From positions 27,838,001 to 27,902,000 of the forward strand of contig NC_043010.1 of NCBI RefSeq assembly GCF_006345805.1: DNA of 64,000 bases, written 5' to 3'. This DNA is from Octopus sinensis (taxonomy: Eukaryota). The notes below the pieces were generated by a model, which saw only the letters and a list, made by a program, of their open reading frames with translations, was not told the DNA's origin and did no database searches. Position numbers and translations under genes: made by a program. This document shows, piece after piece, positions 38,341-50,894 of this stretch. Within the stretch, counting starts at the first letter, position 1, and each line of letters opens with the position of its first letter.

Positions 38341-38870
38341 CTCTTTTTTACACCAATGATAATGGTTCTCAGTGAATTCGTCTACAACAATTTATCTGTG
38401 TGTGGTTGAATGTGTGTATGTGTGTATGTGTGGTTGTACGTGTGGTTGTACGTGTGGTTGTATGCGTGTATGTGTGTAGTTGTATGTATGTGTGTGTAGT
38501 TGTATGTGTGTGTGGTTGTATGTATGTATGTGTGCGCGTGTGTGTGTGTGTGTGCGCGCGTCTGCTTGTGTGTATGTGTGTGTAATTGTAGATGAATTGT
38601 ATCCGTAGATAAACTGCTGTAGATGACTTGTTGACAAATTCGTCGGATACCAATACTAACAGAACAAATGAAAATCTTCAGCCTCGACATAAAAGTTGTT
38701 GGTTTTTCATGAGTTCTCCATAGATGTTCGCCTTTTACTCAATTTTTGAAGAGACATGCACATCTGCTAGGCAGCTAATCTCTACAACGACGCATGACTT
38801 TTTCTCTATGTCCAATATGACGAAATCTGGCGTGCTGTGTTTATATCAGGTTCTTAGTTTTATTGGAATG

Positions 38871-39100
38871 CACTAGCGTAGCTAGGGCGTGGGTGGCAGT
38901 AGGGGCGGTCCGCCCCAAACGGCACTTTTAAAGGGGCTCCACTTTTGGGTCTGCTGTAGGCAATATGTGCTTCTTGTGGGGTCCGGGAGCAGCAAACGGA
39001 AGGGCCATCCTTGGCGTCACACAACCTAGCTGTTGGAATGTTAAACTGATATTTTTCATTTTTAAGGTTGTACATGCATTCCGGTTCTGCTATGGCTCTG
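38871..39100. mobile_element. Possible MITE with short imperfect TIRs
   Basis: cactagcgtagcta / tctgctatggctctg; GC-rich interior; no TSD. Confidence 0.3.
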
Positions 39101-39589
39101 TATGGTCATCAGAGCAATCCTTCCCGCGGAAAACATTGTAAACCGTCTTAGCGACATGGTCACATCGCATGGGTGTATGTAAGTATGTACGTGGGTGTAT
39201 GAAAGTATGCGTGCATGTATGTATGTGTATGCATGCGTGTGATCGTGTGTGTTAGCCCATACGGCAACAGCCGGTGACAATAATTACACGTTTCCTCTCA
39301 ATCCAAGTAATCAAGACAGACGCACAAAGCCATCACCGCCTCCACTTACACCATCGCAGACATCAACACCACCAACGCACCACCTACGCACCACTACCAC
39401 CACCACCCACCACTATCACCGCCGCCGCCACCACCACCACCACTACCACTACGACCACTACTACTACTACTATTACTCCTGCTACCACCACCACCACCAC
39501 TACTACTACTACTACTACAGCTACTCCTGCTGCTATTACTACTACTACAAAGACAAGACGCTTGACATCTGGAATGTCATAAAGTATTG

Positions 39590-40370
39590 ACAGCCCCTTT
39601 CTGGTCGGGTAATGCGATCGGTGGAAGTTCCCTGTTGGCATTCATTAGAAAACAAGTGCTAGGTAAATTCGACAAATCAATCGGGTGGTTCTATGGACCT
39701 TCGGGTCGGGATATGAGGATGCTCACTAGAAATACGTAGCCTGATAGTACGACCGAGGGTATCATCGGTTCAGAATAAACTCAACTGACATGGAAGCGCC
39801 GTCAGCCGAGCGTGCCCGAGGTGCATTCAGGGCTACGAAACAGTTCTGCATGCACGACCTGTGTCCGAGCATTGCTAATTCTGTGGAATAACATCGAACA
39901 GCGTTATCGTCTGTAGGAGGGACCAGTCTATCAAATGAGTCCATTCTGAAGATCAACTTGCTGCCGTCCTATCACTGGTAGTAGCAGGCTATGTTTATGT
40001 ATCTGGTGGCTTTGGTGTAAGAGGTTGTGTGGTGGACGAGGCTGAAAGGGCTGAAAACAGACACCTTCCTCTTTGGTCAGGCCCTCATCAAACATTCAAG
40101 TTTCACTTAAAAAGAAAAGTGAAGGTTGAGAAGGAAGTACTACCTACCAGTATATTTGTTGAAAGGTGAATGTAAACGGTCCGAGTGAACGGGTTAACTC
40201 TGAGTATGCACTCGTAGATTTGAGAGAGACAGCTGGTAGACGGCGCTTTTCCTTAGTAGCCGCAGTGGCCGTAGTCTTTTTATGGGGTTTCCACAAACCT
40301 CGGAAGACCCCACTCCACCTTAGTTGAGAATTATTCTTTGGTTTGAATGTTTTTGTTCTTTGCACTTCTC
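39590..40370 (+). pseudogene. Degraded L1/Tx1-clade LINE 3' fragment
   Basis: HGSAVSRACPRCIQGYETVLHA (zf-RVT-like CxxC..H), then VVWWTRLKGLKTDTFL and LKRKVKVEKE, with frameshifts. Confidence 0.7.
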
Positions 40371-40599
40371 TTATTTACGACGCTTTTTTAGGCAGCCCTA
40401 CAGGATTGTCCTGTACAGGTAATATAGCTGAAGAAAGTTGGCCAATGTGTCGCGCAGTGGGACTGAACCCGAAACCATGCAATTGGAACGCGAGCCAAGC
40501 CAAGCCAATTATCAATACCACCACCATCACCACTACCATCACCACCACCACCTCCGCCAACACTATCATCATCACTAACACCTCCACTACCGGATGGTC

Positions 40600-40636
<37 letters not shown>

Positions 40637-41290
40637 GAGAGAACACATCATATAAATATCAGACACACCAAAAGTGGGGGCGAGACGAAAAGAACGGCGA
40701 AATAATGATAATAATAGTAAACCTTTGCAAAGGTCAGAGTTGTGTTGTGGGAAACTTTGACAGCAATTAATTAAATCATTAATGAAGTAATTAAAAACGG
40801 AATACAGGTGCGTGTGATTTTTATTAGCAAAATGGGACTCCCGGTATTAAAACAATACAGTTTTTTACTCACGCATTCGCGTCAAGAAACTTCGGAAACA
40901 AATACAAATATAGTGAAAGCCGCTTATTGTGATCGCTCTGGGAGTGTTGTTTTGGGATAACCGGCTGATAACATTAAGCAAATGATGAGTCAATGTATCT
41001 GAGTATTTCTCATGTGTGGGATTAATTTTGCTCACAATAGCTTTTGGGTAATGTTACCAGTGATCGCAATAAACGGATTCAAGTGTGTGAGGTGTGTGTG
41101 CACGCGTCCATATAGTTTAAGCTGGTTCAGTGGTATTTTACTTGAATAACAGACTACTGGAACGGCAAAAAAATATTAAACAATCTACTATTCTCAACGT
41201 TTGTATTTGATACACTCCAGATTCTTATCCATCAATGTACACACAGTTATATACATACGCGTGTATATATATATATATATATAATATAAT

Positions 41291-41500
41291 TATGTGACGA
41301 TTATTCGGTTGCTATAATAAGACTCCGAGTTTCGGATGAACTGACGAGATGCCGGAGGCTTCCACCTCGACATCCGAAACTCGGAGTCTTATTATGGCAA
41401 CCGAATAATCGTCACATATTACATTACAGATAAATTCCTCTATTTACATAATACTGAGGTCTCATTCAAAATTTTGTTGTCTTACCATTACAATTAATAT
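41291..41500 (+). mobile_element. Small foldback element with hammerhead core between 48-bp inverted arms
   Basis: Arms 41291-41338 / 41371-41418 (one mismatch). CTGACGA at 41341, GAAAC at 41376, GTC at 41386-41388. TA tracts on both sides. Confidence 0.75.
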
Positions 41501-41532
41501 ATATATATATATATTATATATATATATATAAT

Positions 41533-41567
<35 letters not shown>

Positions 41568-41569
<2 letters not shown>

Positions 41570-44500
41570 TAGTTAGTTAGTTAGTTAATTTGGCTCAAAA
41601 GCAAATAGCAAGGCCATGTAGGGGGACATGGAGTTAAGTACAGGGTGGTGTTCATGTAAAGAGTTCAGGCCACTTGAGGTCCAGGGAGACTTTCAACCGA
41701 GCGGTCGTCGGCATCTTCACCATCTCGTCTGGCAGCTTGTTCCACGGATCCGCAACCCGGACGGAGAAAGCTCCTCTCCTTCGATTGAGATGAAATCGTC
41801 GCAGGTAGAGCTTTTCGGAATGACCCCGCAGCCGACGCTCAGGAGCAGGGGTGAAGAACAGCTCTTTCGAGAGGTTACACTTTCCGCTTATGATGTTGTG
41901 GGCGAGAATGAGATCACCACGGCGGCGGCGTTTTTCAAGAGAATAAAGGTCGAGCGTCCTCAGCCTTTCTTCGTAGGACAAATTTTTGAGACCATGAACC
42001 ATGCGGGTAGCCAGCTTCTGGACTCTTTCGAGATGCTGTATGTCTTTGAGGAGATAAGGAGAAGAGGCTTGAATCCCATACTCCAGTATGCGTCTCACCA
42101 GCGTGACATAGAGTGGTAGGAATATGGCTGCTGTGAGCATTCCGAATGACCGTCGAATCAAGAACAGAATTCCGCGTGCTTTGTTGGCAGCATGGACGCA
42201 CTGGGCCGAAGGCGAAAAGGAGGAATCCACCAAGATACCCAGGTCCTTTACCTGATCGGTCCTCTCCAGCAGCAGACGACCCGGCTCGAAATCAAGTTGA
42301 GTTGCAGGAGTAGAGCCGACAGACAGATGACAGCACTTTGACACGTTCAGACACAGGTCCCAATCGTTAGACCACTTCCAAATTTGGTGGAGGCATCGAC
42401 GAAGATCCTATATATTACCGCGAGGAGCGACCAGTTTGATATCGTCGGCAAATAGAAGGGTGTGTTACGTGAGGTCGTCGGGCAAGTCATTTATGAAGAC
42501 TAAGAACAACAAGGGCCCAAGCACTGAACCTTGAGGCACGCCACTGCTCGCATTGGAGACGTCGGACCGCAAACCATTAACTTGGACTTGGAAGGAGCGA
42601 TCTGAGAGGAAGGCACCAACCCATCGTATAATATCCGGATGGAAACTATATGCTTGAAGCTTGACAAGTAATAGGCGGTGGTTTACCGAGTCAAAAGCTT
42701 TGGCAAAGTCCAATAAAACGATGTCAACAGCATCACTATCATCGAGGATGCGCGTCACCAATTCTTCCATTACTAGTAAGTGGTCAAGCATGATCTCTTC
42801 GGCACGAAGCCGTGTTGGGAATCAGAGATAGAGGCTGTGTTTAGGAGGTGGAGCATCATACTTTTCTTAAGGATGGTTTCGAACATCTTGCTGATTATTG
42901 ATGTAAGGGAAACCGGTCGGTAGTTAAGCGGGTCTTCGCGGCTCCCTTTCTTGAAAATTGGGCAGATTATCGCTGTTCTCCAGTCTGCAGGTATAACACC
43001 CGTCGCCAATGACATATTGAATAGTCGTGTTAAGGGCTCGCAGATGACCAGAGCCAACGCTTTGATAACCCGTGGGTGTATGCCGTCAGGGCCGTGACCC
43101 TTGTTGACATCCAGGCCTTGAATAACACGTTTCACTTCGTCCCGCGTGATGACCAATCGAAGCATTGGAGGTACCGATCTATCAAATGGAGGGGGTACAC
43201 GACCATCATCTTGTTTGAAAATAGTTGAAAAAGCCTCGGCAAATAATTGACTCTGTTGATAAGGGTCCTCAATCGATACACCTGTTGAGTCTACCAACGT
43301 TGCAATCTGGTTGTTCAAGCGGGAATTCCGCTGGACATGGGCAAAGAAGGTTTTTGGATTGCTACTGGCATTTGCCGCGATTTTGTATTCATAACTGAAG
43401 CGTTCTTCTTTTCAATTTTCACGGCTCGGTCTCGTTGAGTTTTGTACACCTCAAAAGCTGCAGTCGAATCCAGATTTTTGAATTCAGCCCAAGCAATATC
43501 TCTGAGTCGACGTTCTCGTTTAACCTTCTTCGTCACCCAGGGCTTGTGTTTCTTCTTCTTGGGAAGCCCAACGGGAACTGCCTGGTCAGTCAAACAGATT
43601 ACATATGCTTTGAGGGATGACCATAGTTCGTCAACAGAGGACAACGTCATCAGGGATCGCCAGTCCAGAAGCGCGAAGCCTCGGTTAGAATTTCAAGATA
43701 ATTGCAGAGAAGACTCTACGTGGCAGCGAAGTAGTCGTGGGCGTAGAAAAAGTTGTGTGCATGACGAACTTCAGGACTGCATGATCACTCTTGGCAAGAG
43801 GGGCGCACACAGATACGTCTGACACTGATCTTGGATAGCGGGAGAATACCAGATCTAGCATAGATGGCTGCTGCCCAGACCGATGCCTTGTCGGATATTC
43901 AACATGTTGCGATAGAAAACAATCTTCAGCCACGTCAAGAAGGGCCTGGCCGAAACGGGAAGATGTTGTACAAATTGATGCGGGCCAATCGATCGTGGGA
44001 GCGTTGAAGTCTCCTAGTACCAAACAGTCATGCGAAGCTGAAACGAATCTTATCGCTTCGAGTAAATGAGCATCGTCCTGGGGGTCGGCAAGAGGCGGCC
44101 TGTAGACAGCCAACACGGGCAGGCAAAACTCAGATAGGCTCAGCTTGCAATAGACGGCATCGAATTTTGTTGTAGGTTGAGCATTAGTGGGTAGAATACC
44201 GCTGGACGGTTTGTGCTCAGACTTAACATACACAGCAACACCTCCACCTCGCCTTTTTCCTCTGTCACATCTGAAAAGGACGTAGCTCTGCAGGTGGATT
44301 TCTGAGTCCTTTACTGCTGGAGTCAGCCAAGTCTCGGTGATAGCTATCACATCAGGGGAGTCACGTATGGCCAGTGTAAATAGTTCACTGAACTTTGGGA
44401 ATAAGGAGCACGAGTTGGTGTAGACGATGCTGAGCTGTGAAGTCTGAGGGGCGGGAGTTGGGGAACAAGCAGAATAAGGGGTATCAGAGATAGCATCGTT

Positions 44501-44620
44501 GACGGGGGTATCAACTTTACTTCGATCTGCCCTCACATCACTTTCCCTGTCAGCACTACAGCATGGGACCAGAGGTAGGACTTGATTATCTGTCCATCTT
44601 GGATTCGTAAACCCTTCTCT
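41568..44620 (-). pseudogene. CR1-clade LINE (APE endonuclease plus RT), 5'-truncated, frameshifted, (TAAC)n tail
   Basis: VIAITETWL, RRGGGVAVYV, LGDFNAP, SDHAVL, NYRPVSLTS, LDFAKAFDSV, SGVPQGSVLGPLLF, FSVRVADPWNKLP. Both flanks are (TA)n. Confidence 0.95.
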
Positions 44621-44687
44621 ATATATATATACATATACAGTAAGATTATATTATATTATATATACTAGCATAATTTATATATATATA

Positions 44688-45900
44688 AAGACATACCGAC
44701 AGATAAAGGGCACGGCTATAGGTACAAAATTCGCACCTTCATATGCCAAGCTGGTGATGGGTTTCCTTGAGAACAAACTATACGATGAAATAGGGAAAAT
44801 CTTCGAAGTTGACTTCAAAGAAGACATCAAGAAAGAGTGGAAGCGCTACCTCGATGACTGCTTCATCTTTTGGAACAGATCAGAAGAAGACCTACGAACA
44901 TTCCACAACATCCTCAACACGCTGCACCCATCTATCAACTTCACAATAGATACCAGCCACAACGAACTTCCCTTCCTAGACATCAACATCAAGATACACA
45001 ACTCCATCATCACAACAGACATCCACTACAAAAAACCCGACACACACACCAATATTTAAATTTCCACTCCTGCCACCCATCCCACATAAAAAGAAATATC
45101 CCATATAGTATGGCAAGACGCATATGCAGCATAGTAACTGACTCACAAACACGCCTAATAAGACTAGATGAACTTAAAAACTTCCTACTAGAACAAAAAT
45201 ACCCCCTTAAACTAATAAAAAATGGAATCTCAAGAGCAATGAAACTAGACATCACACAACTCAGGACACCCAAAACAAAAAACAAAGAAAACATTATCCC
45301 TTTCATAAACACACACAACCCTGAAGTTACCAACATGTTCCAAATCATACATTCAAACCAACCAATAGTCCTACAAAGTCCCAAAATGGAAAACATACTA
45401 AACAAATATTGCATAAAAAATAGTAGACGACAAGACAAAAACCTAAAGAAACATCTAACAAGAGCGAAATTCTCATCAGAAAGTAAAACTGAATTCTTTG
45501 TAAAAGAGTGCGGAGATGGTAGATGTAGGAACTGCAGTAACCCACCTACAAATACATAGAGGAAGACAAAGAAATGAAATATAAAAGTGGTCACATATTT
45601 AAAATAAATGCTGATAGGAACTACAATACGCAGAACGTAATGTACTGCATAACCTGCCCAACGTGCAGGGAGGATTACATAGGTGAAACTGGAAATTCTT
45701 TATGCCAACGAGCCAGGATTCACCGACATGTCTGACAGGAGGAACTGCGCAAGATACCACTGAGTAAACACCTAGATACATGTGGAGAAGGAAAATTTGA
45801 GATCTTTCCCTTCTACAAATGTCCAAAGAATGACACCTCCTTCAGGAGGAATATGGAAAAAATTTCATAACTAAGTTCTCCCACAAATTGAATGGCTGAA
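44688..45900 (+). pseudogene. Second Penelope-like element, RT plus GIY-YIG, 5'-truncated
   Basis: YRQIKGTAIGTKFAPSYA, WKRYLDDCF, LPFLDI, HPSHIKRNIPYSMARRIC, CGDGRCRNC, MYCITCPTCREDYIGETG. Confidence 0.92.
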
Positions 45901-45963
45901 AATATCTATAAGCTGCACCAGATGAAGGACCAAATTTGTAAAGTAAATTGAATTAAATACACG

Positions 45964-46018
<55 letters not shown>

Positions 46019-46041
46019 ACACACACATGCACACACACACA

Positions 46042-46625
46042 CAGTTCTACACATATGTTTTGGTTTTTGAAAATACAACATTGAACAAAGGCTATCCTAA
46101 TATTTGAATGAAACCATTTCACTTTAATTTGTGGAACCAGTTGCTTCTGTATGATAAAATTCAATATTTATTTAAGTGTCAATCAGTGAGATATTAGACT
46201 AAATCAATTGAAGATCAGACAACAGACTCAGTGGTTGTCGGTTTGTATTCTGTCATCTGTAACTTCAACACAAGAAAGTCTCTTTTTCAAGTATGGACCT
46301 TATGAAAATTTTGCTCATCATACATTGAAGGACAAATCTTTCAATTTATAATTTAACAAATATAGTGTAGCATTTAGTACACTGTATATTACTTTACATT
46401 CTTGTTAATCACCAAAGCAAATTGACTTTTAAAATGTGAATAAAACAAACCTGTTTTTGTAATCCAGATTTTCCATCCCATGTAAGCACAGAAATCAAGC
46501 ATTGGATTGAGAGAACGGAATAGTGGTATAAATATCAACATAATTATTTCTTCTTCCTCTTTTTCTTCTTTCTTCCCTTCTCCAACGACACCCTTTCCAG
46601 ATTCACAAGCACCCACACACGCACG

Positions 46626-46657
<32 letters not shown>

Positions 46658-47107
46658 TACACAGTTCTACACATATGTTTTGGTTTTTGAAAATACAACA
46701 TTGAACAAATGATACTCTAATATTTGAATGAAGCCATTTTACTTTAATTTGTGGAACCAGTTGCTTCTGTATGATAAAACTTAATTCTCTTTTTCAAGTA
46801 TGGACCTTATGAAATTTTGCTCATCATACATTGAAGGACAAATCTTTCAATTTATAATTTAACAAGCATAGTGTAGCTTTTAGTACACTGTACATTGCTT
46901 TACATTCTTGTTAATCACCAAAGCAAATTGACTTATAAAGTGTGAATAAAACAAACCTGTTTTTGTAATCAAACATTGGATTGAAGGAACTGAGTGGTGG
47001 TATAAATATCAACACAATTGTTTCTTCTTCCTCTTTTTCTTCTTTCTTCCCTTCTCCAATGACACCCCTGCCAGACTCACAGGCACACACAACCCCCACA
47101 CACACGC

Positions 47108-47180
<73 letters not shown>

Positions 47181-47779
47181 ACAAAACAATAATAAAAAGA
47201 AATCCAGACAATTCTTTTTTGAAATGGGCAATTTCTAAAGACCAAAAACCATTTACAGTTGCAAAAAATAAAAACAAAAGTGGCACTGATTACTCTTAAC
47301 AACTTGACCAGTCCTCCTTTGTATCTTTCAGATACAAAGATACAAACACACGCACCACACACGCGCGCACATAAACACACACACACACACACTCTCTCTC
47401 ACAAGACAATGATAAAAAGGAAATATAATTTATGGTCTTCTTTTTGTCCCTTTTCTTCCATCACTTCTTTTTCTCTAACACCACTTTCAGATACAAAAAC
47501 ACACACACACACACGCACACACACATACATGCTCTCTCTCACTTTCTCCCCGTTCATCACCCACTTGTACTATCTTATATCCCTCTCGACCACTACACAC
47601 TCAATAACACTATAAAATGGTCAAACTTTCCCGCCCCTTGGAGTAAGCATCCTGACCAACGACAAAAGAAACCAGCAAAACAATTTTTCCTTCTTCCCTC
47701 TCTCCCTTTTCTTCATTCCCTTCTTTTTCTCTAACACTATTTTCAGATATAAAAGCACACACACACACGCGCACGCACG

Positions 47780-47842
<63 letters not shown>

Positions 47843-47910
47843 CACCCACTTGTACTATCTTATATCCCTCCCGACCACTACACACTCAATAACACTATAA
47901 AATGGTCAAA
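46042..47910. repeat. Tandem duplications downstream of the second Penelope element
   Basis: Unit starting cagttctacacatatg at 46042 and 46662. A second duplication at about 47466-47625 / 47722-47910. All junctions lie in (CA)n. Confidence 0.85.
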
Positions 47911-49140
47911 AATTTTCCACAGGAACTTAGTTCCATTTGAAAAATCTACCAGAATGGACGAAAGCGCTATTATATATATGATATAAGATATAAGTTATAT
48001 GATGTATAAAAACATGTAATATACAAATAAATATCTGTAAATATAAAACCATCCAAATTTCTGAGTACCTCATTTCTTCTAATATAAAATACCTGTACAT
48101 CATCTCCAAACCTTCTAATATATATATATATATATATGCTCTAAAGTAAAGATTATTTTCCAACATAATGTGCCAATTCCGTTGGGGACAGAGTACTGTT
48201 ACTGAATATTTCTCATTGAGAGATTTAGAAATAATAATGTTTCTATTCCTTAGAACAGTGACTGTGTATCACTTTGAAAATTATATATATTTTCGAACAG
48301 AGGTTTAGCAGCGCCATCTCTAGCCAAGCAGATTTTTGTGACTAGGAAGAGTAAATAACCCAGAAACCGCGGTCCACAGATATTATTTGTGTCGAATAGA
48401 GATACTGAACTCCTTTGTTCGAAAATATAAGGACAAAGATAGTGTGTTGTATAGCCAGCTGGAGACAATTTTTTTGAATTGAGTATATGTATGTGTATGT
48501 GTGTATTTGTGTGTGTGTGTGTATTTGGTGTGTGCGTGTGTGTGTGTGTGTGTGCATAAATAAAGGTGCAGGCATGGCTTTGTGGTAAGAAGCTTGCTTC
48601 ACAACCGGATGGTTCCAGGTTCAGTCCCACTGCGTGACACCTTGGGCAAGTGTCTTCTACTATAGCTTCGGACCGACCAAAGCCTTGAGAGTGGAGCCCG
48701 TCGTATGTGCGTGTGTTTGCGCGCGCGGGCGTGCGTGTATGAACACGTGAGTGTGTGCGTGTGTGTGTGCTTATGTCAGTATTTCTCCCCACCACGTTGG
48801 AGTTCTGCCTTGACAATTAGTCGAACGAATCGACCCCAGGACTTATTTTTACGCCAGGTACTTATTGTATTGGCACATTTGCCGAACCGCTAAGTTACGG
48901 GGATAAACATAGCCACAAAGACGCGCGCACACACACACACACTAACACACACAAACACACACACACATTCATGTACACAGTATGTAGCTATGTGCTACAA
49001 AAAGTTTCATACATTGGAGACGTTATCTAGGCAGGTTTTAATAACACACCTTGTGTTTCTAGGTCATGTTAGAGTCCTATCTCACCTGACAGAGTACTTT
49101 TTGTTGATCTAAATTATCAGAAAAGAAAACTATATATATA

Positions 49141-49558
49141 TTCTTTTATTCTTTATTTGTTTCAGTCATTTGACTGCGGCCATGCTGTAGCACTGCCTTT
49201 AGTCGAACAACTTATTCTTTGTAAGTCTAGTACTTATTCTCTCGGTCTCTTTTGCCGAACCGATAGATTACGGGGACGTAAACACACCAACATCGGTTGT
49301 CAAACGATGTTGGGTGGGGACAAATACAGACACACAAACACACAAACACACACACACGCACACACACACACATACACACACACACATATATGTACGACGG
49401 GCTTCTTTCAGTTTCCGTCTACTAACTCCGCTCACAAGGCTTTTGTCAGCCCGAAGCTATAGTAGAAATCACTTGCCCAAGGTGCCACGCAGTGAGTCTG
49501 AACCCGAAACCATGTGGTTGGAAAGCAAGCTACTTAGCACACAGCCACACCTGCGCCT
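49141..49558 (-). mobile_element. SINE family B, full length
   Basis: Reverse complement of the 22045 family, including the head aggcgcaggtgtggctgtgtg. Confidence 0.9.
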
Positions 49559-49588
49559 ACAGTACATATACATATGCACACACACACA

Positions 49589-49711
<123 letters not shown>

Positions 49712-50058
49712 ATACGAACACAACGCATATATATATATATATTTGTAGTTTCATCTCAGAACTGCGGCCATGCTGGGGCAATGTATTTATTTATAACAGT
49801 TCAGGATTCAAGTGAATCAGGTACTTACTTTAAGTAAGGTAAAGCGGCGGGTCGGGTTACATAAAGAGAATCATGTACATTACGTAATCATAAGAACAAA
49901 TACCTACATACATATAGACAGATTATTATTCCGGCCGTATATACGATTAACTGCACCCAACTGGGTATATTATGAGCCTCAAGACTGTATCGAGGAACAT
50001 ACACTACGCCAATAATAGCTGGTTCCGAATAAGATGAATAATAAATAAATAACAAAAG

Positions 50059-50347
50059 ATGGTTAATAGTTCATTCGCTACAGCTGTTTCCAACGTATTT
50101 ATTAATGGATGACTAGAGATATTACATTATGTGGTGGTGAGGTGGGGGGAATGATTCCCTCATTAGTAATTAGTAGCGAGGGAATCACGAGCTGCCACAA
50201 GCTAGTGACTTTTGCAATGTTTTAAATGTGTAATTTCGTGTAAATATTCACCTGATGAAAACGGTCTTTTTTCACATGATGTATTTTTTCCATTCATCAA
50301 TTAAAAAATTCGTTGGAAACAGCTGTAGTGAATGAACCATTCTCCAT
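50059..50347 (+). ncRNA. Foldback element containing a near-intact hammerhead (50246-50333)
   Basis: Stem I attcac/gtgaat, CTGATGA, long stem II, GAAA, ACAGCTGT palindrome, GTA site. 37-bp inverted arms at 50059-50095 / 50311-50347. Confidence 0.7.
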
Positions 50348-50368
50348 TTGTTGTTTATATATATATCA

Positions 50369-50550
50369 CCTTGATCACCTTGACCGACCAGTCCGTCGGG
50401 CGTCCATTTGACACCGCTGGTCACAGCATGCTGTCCACTCCTCTCTGGATCGCGCCTTTCTCATCCACGTGATCCCAATCACCCTCCTGAAATCGTAACT
50501 CCACCGTCGTGGAAGCCTTCCGAGTAGTCGTTTCCGCTCGCGCGAGTATA
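50369..50550 (-). pseudogene. RTE LINE 3' tip with (TCAAGGTGA)-like tail
   Basis: RERKRLLGRLPRRWSYDFRRVIGITWMRKARSREEW matches the RTE GRP..RW..W..AR.R..W C-terminal pattern. Confidence 0.7.
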
Positions 50551-50821
50551 CATGAACTCCATGTACATATACATATACGGGCTTCTTTCAGTTTTCGTCT
50601 ACTAAGTCCTCTCACAAGGATTTGGTCGGCTCATGGCTAAAGTAGAAAGAAGACAGTTGCCCAAGGTATCATGCGATTGAGAAGGAAAATTCTTACCACC
50701 AAGCCACACCCACGTCTAGATAGACAGATTTCTTTATTGGCCACGCAGGGCTGAACACACAAGGGACAAAGAAAAAAAATTGGGTCGAATTACGATCAAA
50801 AGGGATCGTGATAAAAAAGAC

Positions 50822-50885
<64 letters not shown>

Positions 50886-50894
50886 CATTCATAC

